Shown here: one piece after another, positions 16,397 through 24,549 of the stretch
Numbering within the stretch: position 1 is the first letter of the stretch
Layout: each line of letters starts with the position of its first letter
Made by a program: the position numbers and the translations under genes
DNA from: a virus
Lineage: Duplodnaviria > Caudoviricetes
Direction: 5' to 3' (one strand)
Virus record (IMG/VR): IMGVR_UViG_3300010362_000089
Span: 1 to 27,008 of that record
DNA length: 27,008 nucleotides
Notes under the pieces: model-generated
What the model saw: only the letters and a program-made list of their open reading frames with translations
The model's database searches: none
Told to the model about the DNA's origin: nothing

Positions 16397-16760
16397 TTTG
16401 TTTGCGGCGTTGTGCCCTCTCTGCGTCCAGCGCTTTCTGCGCCTCGTTTGCCAAACGAATATCTTCCAGCTTGTCGGAGATCGACTTCGGTTTTGGCTTG
16501 TCGCGCTCGAGCTTCTCTTGCAACAGTGTGCGATACGTGCGGTCGAGCTGCCGCAACAGCGTCGCCTCGACCGGCGACACATCAAAGCGCATCAACCGCG
16601 CCCAGGCGTCGATTTCTTGATAGGTGAGCGGACCCGCGCCGAAGCCGACCTCGCGGCAGTCGATCAGCTGCTCAAACCAGCGCCAAAGATAACCGAGTTG
16701 TGGACAAGCGAGATCGTTCGCGGGCGCGTCCGCAAGCTGATCCTCCGCGAACTTCGTCAA
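16389..16760 (-). CDS. Tail assembly chaperone, frameshifted (gpT-like) portion
   Basis: YLWRWFEQL...GPLTYQEIDAWARL...EATLLRQLD; lies in the -1 frame of the upstream gene and is open back through the slippery site. Confidence 0.85.
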   Translation of the reverse strand: MTKFAEDQLADAPANDLACPQLGYLWRWFEQLIDCREVGFGAGPLTYQEIDAWARLMRFDVSPVEATLLRQLDRTYRTLLQEKLERDKPKPKSISDKLEDIRLANEAQKALDAERAQRRKQNG

Positions 16761-16768
16761 CTCATCGA

Positions 16769-17194
16769 TCAGCTCTTGGAAAAATTTGCGCGTACGCCTG
16801 TGAATTCCTCGACTTGCTCGCGCAGCGCCGGGATCATTGTGTAGGCCTCGCGATATTTCGCCGGGGTGCTTTCCGGTTTCTTGCCGTTGAGGATGATGTC
16901 CCAGCCCTTGGTGATCGCTACCAAAAGTTCTATATTATCGCGTTCGGTAGCGCTACCCAACATGACAGAACGCGTGCGGCTATATTGCTCCATGCGCCGG
17001 TCGATCATCTTGCGCGACAGATCGCGATAGGCGGCGTTGTCTTTCGACAACAGTGTGATGGTGAATGCTCGCCCATCGTCGTGACGCATCACCTCGCCGA
17101 CCGCATTTTTGACTTCCATCACCGCTTCTGCAGTGACCGGATCGATCAGCGAGGAAAGATCATCCACTCGTACTCCGTCCACTTCGTCAATCAT
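16769..17194 (-). CDS. Tail assembly chaperone (gpG-like, 141 aa)
   Basis: ATG 17194 after SD AGGAGG; ITLLSKDN...AITKGW...LREQVEEF...ANF; between tail tube and tape measure. Confidence 0.85.
   Translation of the reverse strand: MIDEVDGVRVDDLSSLIDPVTAEAVMEVKNAVGEVMRHDDGRAFTITLLSKDNAAYRDLSRKMIDRRMEQYSRTRSVMLGSATERDNIELLVAITKGWDIILNGKKPESTPAKYREAYTMIPALREQVEEFTGVRANFSKS
16781..16787 (-). promoter_or_regulatory. -1 ribosomal frameshift slippery heptamer A AAT TTT
   Basis: The - strand reads GCA AAT TTT TCC AAG AGC TGA; the -1 frame continues TTC CAA GAG CTG ATC GAT GAG TTG ACG into the next ORF. Confidence 0.85.
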
Positions 17195-17216
17195 GGCCTT
17201 GCCTCCTGTTTTATGC

Positions 17217-17681
17217 TTAGGCCGCTGCGGTGACGATGATGGTGTCAGGCTCGATTTCGATCGAGGTGTTGATGCGTTTGAGGTCATTGACGCCACCACC
17301 GGCCGTAACGTAGCCATAGATACGGCCCTTGAACACTGTGCGCGTCGGGTTGAGCCCGGTGCCAATGTCGTTTTCCTCCACCTTAAAGTTGTAGAGCGAA
17401 TTGCGATCGGCGCTCGCAGCACGCACCGCCACCTGTCCAGCGTCGGTATCGTCGCGATTAAACACGATATCCATCGCCGGAGCAAGCTGTGTGCCCTTAA
17501 GTTGGCGGGTATAGCCGTCGCCAATGCTCTCCAGCGCGATCTTGTTGAAGTTGGTGCCGCCGTAAGAGCCGAGATTTGAGAGGTTTTTGATCTCGACCCA
17601 CAGCACGTTGTCGGGCGAGGGGATCAGCGTCCCGGTCCCGCCGATGAAGAATTTGGTACCTGCTACTGCGCCAGCAGCCAT
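17217..17681 (-). CDS. Major tail (tube) protein
   Basis: AGTKFFIG, WVEIKNLSNLGSYG, RQLKG...DDTDAGQ, YNFKV, VFKGRI; strong SD AGGAGAG. Confidence 0.88.
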   Translation of the reverse strand: MAAGAVAGTKFFIGGTGTLIPSPDNVLWVEIKNLSNLGSYGGTNFNKIALESIGDGYTRQLKGTQLAPAMDIVFNRDDTDAGQVAVRAASADRNSLYNFKVEENDIGTGLNPTRTVFKGRIYGYVTAGGGVNDLKRINTSIEIEPDTIIVTAAA

Positions 17682-17729
17682 TGGACTCTCCTATGTTTCG
17701 TGCCGCTCGCGCGGCGGAAGTTACCGGCA

Positions 17730-18170
17730 TCAAGCCGGATTCGATGCAAAAGCGATGAACGGGATTAGTACCGGCACGTGCAGCCACGCGTCCTCGCGCA
17801 TGGTCGGCCGCACAAACGGTGGCTTCCATATCTGCACGATGAAGCCATCCTTGACGAGCTGCGTGCCGCGTTTGAAGTAGGCGCACACCTGTGCCGCGAT
17901 ACGCCGCGCGCCGTATTCTCCAGTGTTGATCGCGTAGAACACGTCGATCCAGAACAGTCCGTAATGCTGATTGCTCGAATTGGGGTCAACACCAAGGCCG
18001 AGCGTATCGGCGGGCATGTATGTCGAGCGCAACCACGCAGCATTCGGCGTTGGTGTCGGCGGATTGAATGCAACGTACGGCATAGCAATGGTAAGCGACA
18101 GCGAGGCGGCGAGCGTTTGCGCCCGCGCATTGAGCGCGCTTTCTATTGCGACATCTACAGGTTCAGCCAT
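17730..18170 (-). CDS. Tail terminator-like protein (DUF4128-like)
   Basis: IAMPYVAFNPP...WLR...GLFWIDVF...G...AAQVCAYFKRG...VPVLIPF; immediately upstream of the tail tube. Confidence 0.8.
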   Translation of the reverse strand: MAEPVDVAIESALNARAQTLAASLSLTIAMPYVAFNPPTPTPNAAWLRSTYMPADTLGLGVDPNSSNQHYGLFWIDVFYAINTGEYGARRIAAQVCAYFKRGTQLVKDGFIVQIWKPPFVRPTMREDAWLHVPVLIPFIAFASNPA

Positions 18171-18324
18171 GCAATGGAGCGCCGAAGACTTTCCAGCCGA
18201 GCAACAGCAAAAGAATGAACAAGATAATGTTGCCAGCTGTAGGATACGGCTGTGGCCACGAATGCCAAAGGCCGAAGACGAGCCAGATCAGCATGACGAT
18301 CCAATAGGCAAGTCCGAGTGTCAT
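18163..18324 (-). CDS. Small two-TM membrane protein (53 aa)
   Basis: MTLGLAYWIVMLIWLVFGLW...NIILFILLLLLGWKVFG; ATGA overlap upstream; SD AAGGAG. Confidence 0.75.
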   Translation of the reverse strand: MTLGLAYWIVMLIWLVFGLWHSWPQPYPTAGNIILFILLLLLGWKVFGAPLHG

Positions 18325-18752
18325 ACCGCTCTCTCCTTCGCTTCGGCGGTCACTTGCGCAACGATAAACGGCCACTCCTGCGCCGAGATGGCGACGAAGC
18401 CGCCTGGCGCTTGTTGGCTGTGACCGTTTTCCAAAAAGATCGCATAGTTAGCCGTCCAGCCAATGAAGATGGTGTCCTCAAGCGTCGCTCCGGCGATCAC
18501 CGCGATAGCGACCGGCGTAGTGTCGGCGTATCGCTTGTCTGCATCGCGGTTTGATCTAGCTTCGGTCGGCACAAAGCCATCAAGCGATACTTGAATCGAC
18601 GCGCGGGCATAGCCAGTGTCTATTGGGATGCGCTCTTGGCAATTTGAAATGACACGCTTGCTGGATTCACGAAATACTGCAAGTATGCGTGCCTCGCTCT
18701 GCCGAACCCAGTCATCGATCGCGGCGCGGAATGATAACGTGCTGATCGCCAT
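18321..18752 (-). CDS. HK97 gp10-like neck/tail completion protein
   Basis: IPIDTGYARAS, YAIFLENGHSQQAPGGFV. Confidence 0.85.
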   Translation of the reverse strand: MAISTLSFRAAIDDWVRQSEARILAVFRESSKRVISNCQERIPIDTGYARASIQVSLDGFVPTEARSNRDADKRYADTTPVAIAVIAGATLEDTIFIGWTANYAIFLENGHSQQAPGGFVAISAQEWPFIVAQVTAEAKERAV

Positions 18753-18965
18753 CTAGAGCGGCTCGAAATTTTCCGCGAAATAATCAGCGGCAACCAGCCA
18801 TTGGTCTGCATGGTTCTTCGGATTGCGGGCGATCATGTCACCGGGTTTTGGGGAACCAGCCGAACGATCTGCCTCAGATATGCTAACAAATGCGAGCTGT
18901 TCGCCTGGCACGTATTCCCGCAGCTCGGCAATTTGCTTGCGGCGATATTGCTTGAAGTCAGTCAT
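18753..18965 (-). CDS. Small hypothetical protein, PGDYG-like motif (70 aa)
   Basis: KQYRRKQIAELR...PKPGDMIARNP...WLVAADYFAENFE; coupled on both sides. Confidence 0.7.
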   Translation of the reverse strand: MTDFKQYRRKQIAELREYVPGEQLAFVSISEADRSAGSPKPGDMIARNPKNHADQWLVAADYFAENFEPL

Positions 18966-19987
18966 TGCAGACTTGCAAGAAAATCGATGTCAGGTTCGAG
19001 CCAGCAACGGCAATTGATTGTCTCTTCCGGCGGCGCTTTGGGATCGCCGGGATATTCTAGATAGTTTCCAGCACCGCTCAAGAACGGCTCGCCTTCCGGA
19101 CGCACATCGCCGTCCATCGCAGCATGACTATCGCGCACGCGCGCATCGCCCGCGGTGCGCCAAATGTAGCGCACGCTCTCAGGATCGATACCCGCCGCCA
19201 TCGCCTGTTGCAGTGCTTGGCGCTGAGCTTCGTGCAGCGAGGTCAACGCTTCGGTGCGGGCAATGGTTTCGGCGCGGTAACGCATGGCGCGGTTGGTGTA
19301 GGTGCGCACCATCGAGTTGATCTGCGCCTCCGGTATCGCAGTGCCTTCACGCGCAGCTTTACGAACCGCGCTGTCAAATCGTTTATCACGCAACGCGCGC
19401 GAAAGCGCAGCGAGCGGATTATCCGAGCGTAGCTCCCGTTCATAGTTGACTAACCATTGCATTTGGCTCTGTGTCAATCCGATCACACCACCTTCGCGGC
19501 GACCAGTCGCGCTGTTGATGCGGCCAACAAGGTCGAGTGCAACAGTAATCGGGTTGGTGCCGCTGCGCATGCCGAGCGTCAAATATTCACGAATCATGGT
19601 GCGCTGGTCGGTGAGGATCTCAACGATCTGCAACGACGAGCGCGTACTGAGCCAAGTCTCAGCCGCCGGATTACGCACGTTGAACTGGAACACAGTGCGA
19701 AAACCGCCACCCAAACTAATTACCGGGACCGCTCCCGCAGTGGCGACACCACCAGCCTCAAATGCGGCGCGAACGCCCTTGTCCCATGGCAACCACTGAA
19801 TCGGATCGAGATTGACCGCACGCAACGCGCTTTCGATGTCATTGGCTTGTAAGAACCCGACGATCAAGTCTATCTGTGCGGCGTCACGCATGTTGTAAAC
19901 GCTGTCCATGAAAGCGCGACGCAACTGCGGTTCCCATGTCGCCATCAAACTATCCAAACGCGCGGCATTACGTTTTGTAATTGCCAT
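18962..19987 (-). CDS. Head morphogenesis / minor capsid protein (Phage_Mu_F, SPP1 gp7-like)
   Basis: RAETIARTE, WRTAGDARVRDSH, YPGDP...ETINCRC. Confidence 0.9.
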   Translation of the reverse strand: MAITKRNAARLDSLMATWEPQLRRAFMDSVYNMRDAAQIDLIVGFLQANDIESALRAVNLDPIQWLPWDKGVRAAFEAGGVATAGAVPVISLGGGFRTVFQFNVRNPAAETWLSTRSSLQIVEILTDQRTMIREYLTLGMRSGTNPITVALDLVGRINSATGRREGGVIGLTQSQMQWLVNYERELRSDNPLAALSRALRDKRFDSAVRKAAREGTAIPEAQINSMVRTYTNRAMRYRAETIARTEALTSLHEAQRQALQQAMAAGIDPESVRYIWRTAGDARVRDSHAAMDGDVRPEGEPFLSGAGNYLEYPGDPKAPPEETINCRCWLEPDIDFLASLQ

Positions 19988-20367
19988 TACTTGCGCGTCC
20001 TACATTCCCATGTGGCGCGTGCCGGATCGCTGTCAACGCCAGGAAGTCCAGTCGTACCAACCGGAACGATGGTGCGGGTGACGCCACGTATCGTGATGCG
20101 GTCGCCCGGCAACGGCACGACCGCTAGAGTGGTCGCGAGAATGAGCACTTTCACGTCTTCGGTCGCCACTAGCCCGTTCGCGCGCTGCCCGGTGGTGTAA
20201 ATGTCCTCAATTGCCTTGCAAGGATAATTGATCGCCGTGGGTGCGGGCGGATCAGCCGGATCAGTGATCGTGCCAGGAACGTCGCGGCTCAACGTGGCAT
20301 CGAGGAAGATGAAGCTCGCCGCGTCAGCGATGATGTGAGCCAGTTCGCTTTCGAGCATAGATGCCAT
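19987..20367 (-). CDS. Head closure / head-tail joining protein
   Basis: DVKVLILA...PLPGDRITI...DPARATWECRTR; follows the adaptor. Confidence 0.75.
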   Translation of the reverse strand: MASMLESELAHIIADAASFIFLDATLSRDVPGTITDPADPPAPTAINYPCKAIEDIYTTGQRANGLVATEDVKVLILATTLAVVPLPGDRITIRGVTRTIVPVGTTGLPGVDSDPARATWECRTRK

Positions 20368-20371
20368 GGCA

Positions 20372-20887
20372 TCAGCTCCGCGTAGCGAATCCCGAGCTTA
20401 CACCACCGTGCGTCGTCGGGCCAATCAATGGCTCTAAGATCCCATCAATCAACGTGAAAGTGGTGGTCGCTTGAGCATTGGATGCATATTCAACTTCAAC
20501 GCTGCCTGCACGCACACGTCGCACTGTACCGCCACGCGCTAAATCAGGGCTGGTCGAACCCGGCGTTGCGAGTTCACGCATCGCCAACTCAGCCGTCGCC
20601 TCAATGACTTCAATCGGCACTTCATTTTCATCGATGGTCTCGCCGTTAGCGTCAATCGCGCCAGTGCGCGGCCAGCCTAGCCCTTGATCGCGCCCATTGA
20701 GACGTTGCCCAGGCCAGCGCGTGCCGTACATCGCTTCAAGCGATTGTGTTCCTCGAATTAGTGCCGCTTCGGTATCGCCGACCACCACGACATAGGCGCG
20801 GTCTTCAGTGTAAGTGTCGAAATCGTCCTCGCTCGCGTAGGAGTTCGCGGCAGGGAGCCCAGTGCCATCCTCAACGACGATGGGCAT
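20372..20887 (-). CDS. Head-tail adaptor (family often annotated DnaT-like ssDNA-binding)
   Basis: IVVEDGTGLPAANSYAS, EAALIRGT, QGLGWPR, VPIEVIEATAELA, GSVEVEY. Confidence 0.8.
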   Translation of the reverse strand: MPIVVEDGTGLPAANSYASEDDFDTYTEDRAYVVVVGDTEAALIRGTQSLEAMYGTRWPGQRLNGRDQGLGWPRTGAIDANGETIDENEVPIEVIEATAELAMRELATPGSTSPDLARGGTVRRVRAGSVEVEYASNAQATTTFTLIDGILEPLIGPTTHGGVSSGFATRS

Positions 20888-21214
20888 CTAACGAGTCTTT
20901 ACCTTGAGCTTGACGCTCTGGTCATAAGTACGGCCTCCAGTCGTGGTGATCCGGTTAGTAAACAAATAGGTCTGACCCAAAACGCCAGATGATAACCAAA
21001 TCGTAGAATAATAGCGATTGAGCAATGTTGTCGTGCCATTCCACAAACTAGCGTTGTTAGAAAAGCTATTGGTAACGATGGTGATACCGCTCGGTGGATT
21101 CGGCCACGTTGACGTAGCGATAGTGTCGCCAGGAGCGAGCCGTGCAGTCCAATCGACGACGAAATCTTCGATCTCGTCGGGATCCTTGCTGCCCGCCCAT
21201 TTCAACGCGCTCAT
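20888..21214 (-). CDS. Virion fibre adaptor-like protein (KDPDE...DW family)
   Basis: KDPDEIEDFVVDW...GDTIATSTW...TIWLSSG...YLFTNRITTTGGRTYDQSVKLKV; Ig-like beta pattern. Confidence 0.7.
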   Translation of the reverse strand: MSALKWAGSKDPDEIEDFVVDWTARLAPGDTIATSTWPNPPSGITIVTNSFSNNASLWNGTTTLLNRYYSTIWLSSGVLGQTYLFTNRITTTGGRTYDQSVKLKVKTR

Positions 21215-21396
21215 TAGGCCTCCCGAAATCGTTTCGCGTTCACAACGCGGCTTTTGGCAGACAGGATGATCACGCGGCTTGAAGGCGTCGGAGTTAGCGT
21301 CTGTACTGGACCACTAGTGCCACTGGCGGTGCCAACAGCAGCGACGATCGCAGTGCCTGCACCTTGTGCACCGCCCGATCCATTGCCGTTGCTCAT
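21214..21396 (-). CDS. 60-aa miniature of the upstream repeat protein
   Basis: About one G/A/S/T repeat followed by TPTPSSRVIIL...SRVV; ATGA and TAATG coupling. Confidence 0.65.
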   Translation of the reverse strand: MSNGNGSGGAQGAGTAIVAAVGTASGTSGPVQTLTPTPSSRVIILSAKSRVVNAKRFREA

Positions 21397-24050
21397 GTCG
21401 GCTCCAGCACTGCAGAAGCTTCGGTGGTCTCCACCACGCGGTCAGTGTCCGGCTCGGTCGTAGTTCCGACGCTCGGCAACGGCTGCACGTAAACAATACG
21501 ATCGCTTGTTGTCGGCGATGGCGCTGGTTCAACGACGCTAGCGACGCCGGAGAACGGCAAAACATAGACGATGCGATCGCTATCGGTCGGTGTAACGACA
21601 AGGCCAAAGCCATAGGCTTGCGCTGTGCCTTGGCCGGTGGCAGTGCCAACCGCCGCGCCAGCCGAAAGTCCAATCCCTTGCGCGCTAGCGAGGCCTGCTC
21701 CTGCCGCCGCTGCGATGGCCGCAACGGTGGCTGCGCCTCGCGCCGTCGCGTCGCCCGCGCCACTGGCGCTGGCAATTGCCGCATTGCTCGGTTGCGAAAC
21801 GCCGTTGGCAACACCGCTACCAGATGCGCTGCCGACCGTTCCTTTGACAATCGCACCAACCGCGCTGGCCGTGCCGCTGCCTGCAGCGGTGCCGACAGTT
21901 CCTTTGACGGCAGAAGTGCTTGCTGAAGCTGTGCCACTGCCCGTCGCGCTACCAGCGCGGGAGACAATGGCAGTGATGGCACCACTCGCGGTGCCGCTGC
22001 CAGAGGCCGAGCCAGCAGCGGCGACAATGGCTGCGCCAACGCCGTTTGCTGTGCCTTGCCCAGTCGCAGTGCCGACATTGACACCGGCCTGAGCGCCCGC
22101 GCCGCTCGCGGTGCCTGAACCAGCCGCCGAGCCTGTTGATGACGCGATTGAAGCGCCGACAGCGCTGGCAGTTCCTGTGCCGCTCGCCGATCCGGTTGCG
22201 GCCGTGGTCTTTGCGCCGATCGCGCTCGCGGTGCCTGTCCCGCTCGCTGATCCGGCCGCAGAGGCAATGACCACATCAATGCCAGCGCCTGCGCCGGTTC
22301 CGCTGGCGGTTCCAACCGCTGCGGCGATCGATGCACCGACACCGTTTGCCGTGCCGCTGCCGCTGGCTGATCCGGTCGTGACGCCGGAAACACCGGACTG
22401 CGCCGATGCTGAGCCGGTGCCTGCAGCGCTGCCCGCAGCTGCAGCGATCGACGCGCCGCTGCCGGATGCTGTTCCTGAACCAGTCGCGCTGCCCGCACTC
22501 GAAGCGATAGCAGCGCCGCTCCCCGTCGCCGTCCCAGAGCCGGTGGCGGTTACACTCGATGCTGCGAATGCAGCGCCTACACCGCTCGCCGCGCCGTTTC
22601 CGCTGGCGCTGCCAGCTGTAGCCTTGATCGCGGTAGCTGACGCTGAAGCGGTGCCTGATCCGCTGGCGCTACCGCTCGCTGCGACGGTGGCTGCTCCTGC
22701 ACCCGAGGCGGTGCCAGTGCCGCTGGCCGAACCGGTGGAGCTGGCGATTGACGCGCCTGTCGCCGTCGCCGTACCGCTGCCAGATGCCGTTCCTGTCGTT
22801 GCCTTGAGCGCTGTTCCCGAGGCGCTCGCTGTGCCGCTGCCTGTTGCCGAACCTACAGCGGCGGCGATAACCGTGCCTTGCGCGGACGCTGTGCCACTGC
22901 CGGTTGCCGAACCTGTCGCCGCCGCGATCGCAGCACCAGCGCCGTTAGCAGCGCCAGTGCCCGCCGCTGATCCGCTCGCTGCCGCAATGGCGGCACCGCT
23001 GCCCGCAGCTGTGCCGCTGCCTGCAGCCGATCCGCTTGCCGACGCTATCGCAGCGCCCGTGGCGTTGGCTGTGCCGCTGCCCGACGCCGAACCTACGCCA
23101 GAATTTGTTACACCAGCTGTCGCGCCGACAGCAGAAGCTGTGCCGGAACCGGTCGCCGAGCCGGTGCCAGAAGCGATCGCCGCGCCCGCGCCGGAAGCTG
23201 TTCCACTGCCGCTTGCACTGCCGGTGCTCGCGACAATCGCCGCACCGCTGCCGGAAGCGGTACCGGTGCCAGTAGCGCTGCCCGCTCTGGCGACGATCGC
23301 TGCACCGCCGCCAGATGCTGTGCCAGAGCCAGCGGCACTGCCTGTAGCTGCGTTTACGCTCGCGCCCGCCCCGGACGCCGTCCCGGAGCCACTGGCGCTT
23401 CCTACAGCCGCCTTAATGGCGGCACCAACGCCCGTAGCTGTGCCCGAACCAGCCGCCGAGCCTGCCGCCGCAACGATGGCAGCGCCCGCGCCTGATGCCG
23501 TGCCGGTTCCTGTGGCCGAACCAGTGCTGGCGACGGTCGCCGCGCCGCTGCCGCTCGCAGTTCCACTTCCACTTGCCGATCCGGCACCTGCCGCGATCGA
23601 CGCGCCCGTGACGGAAGCTGCTCCACTTCCGCTGGCGCTTCCTGTGGTCGCCTTGATGAGCGCGCCGGTAGCGGAAGCCGTGCCCGTGCCAGAGGCAGAG
23701 CCGACCGTCGCCTTGATCGCCGTCGCGACACCGCTGGCCGCGCCAGTTCCGGTTGCCGATCCGGTGCTTGCGGCGATACTCGCGCCGACGCCGCTCGCCG
23801 CTCCGCTTCCAGTTGCCGAACCCGCGCCCGCCGCGATAGACGCGCCGACGCCGGACGCGGTTCCGGTTCCCGAAGCGGTTCCTGTGCCGGCAGCGATTGC
23901 CGCGCCGACCGCTGACGCCGTTCCCAAACCTGTCGCGGAACCGGCACCAGCGTTGACCGCCGACGGCGCTTTAGTGAGCGTCGCTAACGGGCTGGCGAAT
24001 GGAGGTCGCGGAAGAAATCGGTGCCGAAAAACCCCCCAAAATTCCGGCAT
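21393..24050 (-). CDS. 885-aa Gly/Ala/Ser/Thr repeat protein, putative virion fibre/appendage
   Basis: Co-oriented with the late operon; unique 31-aa N-terminus, ~39 repeats of 20 aa, C-terminal tail with SDRIVYV twice and TDRVVET. Confidence 0.85.
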   Translation of the reverse strand: MPEFWGVFRHRFLPRPPFASPLATLTKAPSAVNAGAGSATGLGTASAVGAAIAAGTGTASGTGTASGVGASIAAGAGSATGSGAASGVGASIAASTGSATGTGAASGVATAIKATVGSASGTGTASATGALIKATTGSASGSGAASVTGASIAAGAGSASGSGTASGSGAATVASTGSATGTGTASGAGAAIVAAAGSAAGSGTATGVGAAIKAAVGSASGSGTASGAGASVNAATGSAAGSGTASGGGAAIVARAGSATGTGTASGSGAAIVASTGSASGSGTASGAGAAIASGTGSATGSGTASAVGATAGVTNSGVGSASGSGTANATGAAIASASGSAAGSGTAAGSGAAIAAASGSAAGTGAANGAGAAIAAATGSATGSGTASAQGTVIAAAVGSATGSGTASASGTALKATTGTASGSGTATATGASIASSTGSASGTGTASGAGAATVAASGSASGSGTASASATAIKATAGSASGNGAASGVGAAFAASSVTATGSGTATGSGAAIASSAGSATGSGTASGSGASIAAAAGSAAGTGSASAQSGVSGVTTGSASGSGTANGVGASIAAAVGTASGTGAGAGIDVVIASAAGSASGTGTASAIGAKTTAATGSASGTGTASAVGASIASSTGSAAGSGTASGAGAQAGVNVGTATGQGTANGVGAAIVAAAGSASGSGTASGAITAIVSRAGSATGSGTASASTSAVKGTVGTAAGSGTASAVGAIVKGTVGSASGSGVANGVSQPSNAAIASASGAGDATARGAATVAAIAAAAGAGLASAQGIGLSAGAAVGTATGQGTAQAYGFGLVVTPTDSDRIVYVLPFSGVASVVEPAPSPTTSDRIVYVQPLPSVGTTTEPDTDRVVETTEASAVLEPT
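21603..23957 (-). repeat. Degenerate 60-bp (20-aa) coding tandem repeat, ~39 units
   Basis: Hand alignment gives consensus IAAxxGSA(S/T)G(S/T)GTASGxGAA with two small insertions (+3 and +2 aa); codons differ between units. Confidence 0.9.
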
Positions 24051-24063
24051 GGCGGGGTTCTAC

Positions 24064-24540
24064 TTACACGATTTCGATATACAACGTGCCGTTCATGGTC
24101 ACAGCGTCCGCTGGCGTCGTTTCCAAGCGCAACGTCCAGAACTCGCTAGGGAGAACCAACGGTCTTGCTTCCGGCGTCCACCAGAAAATATACGGCACAC
24201 GTTCGTTCCAACTGTGCGCTTCAAGCTGCTCGGTGAGATCGGGCGAGCCGGAAAGAATCGTAGTGTTGTTGGCTTCGACTGTGCCTCCAAAGGCAGGATC
24301 GCCGCGCCGTCTTGGCGGCACTGTCAACGTCGTGCCGCCGCTGCCCGACGACATAGTCGATTGACCGCGATTCATAGTCAGGCGCAGCATTTCCTCCTGC
24401 GCGTCGCCGATCTCGGATTCCTGCGAGAGAACGAAGCCGTGGATGCGCACCGTCCCGTTAGTCGGAGCTTTCAACTCGAAAAGGTCCTGTTGCGCCGTCA
24501 CGCTGACGCCTTTGAACATCGCGGTGTGTGTGACTTCCAT
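24064..24540 (-). CDS. Putative virion structural protein, beta-sandwich-like (158 aa)
   Basis: Alternating hydrophobic strands (QDLFELKAP...VRIHGFVLSQ...MNGTLYIEIV); located in the fibre cassette. Confidence 0.7.
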   Translation of the reverse strand: MEVTHTAMFKGVSVTAQQDLFELKAPTNGTVRIHGFVLSQESEIGDAQEEMLRLTMNRGQSTMSSGSGGTTLTVPPRRRGDPAFGGTVEANNTTILSGSPDLTEQLEAHSWNERVPYIFWWTPEARPLVLPSEFWTLRLETTPADAVTMNGTLYIEIV

Positions 24541-24549
24541 GGAGCGATC

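Noticed and set aside
16397-16585. Upstream extension of the tape measure ORF (also extensions of track ORFs to 555, 12390, 12584 and 17524)
   Set aside because: They overlap real neighbouring genes; internal ATGs with SD or stop-start coupling give better starts.
18962-19100. MuF polymorphic toxin
   Set aside because: The protein ends 13 residues after NCRC with no toxin extension, so the downstream 70-aa gene is unlikely to be an immunity gene.
21314-22498. 394-aa Arg/Gln/Pro-rich alternative-frame ORF (and similar ones at 23108 and 23402)
   Set aside because: Off-frame reading of a GC-rich repeat with no protein-like features.
21603-23957. Possible CRISPR array or DNA-level repeat element
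   Set aside because: Periodicity is at the amino-acid level with synonymous divergence; there are no identical repeats with unique spacers and no cas genes.
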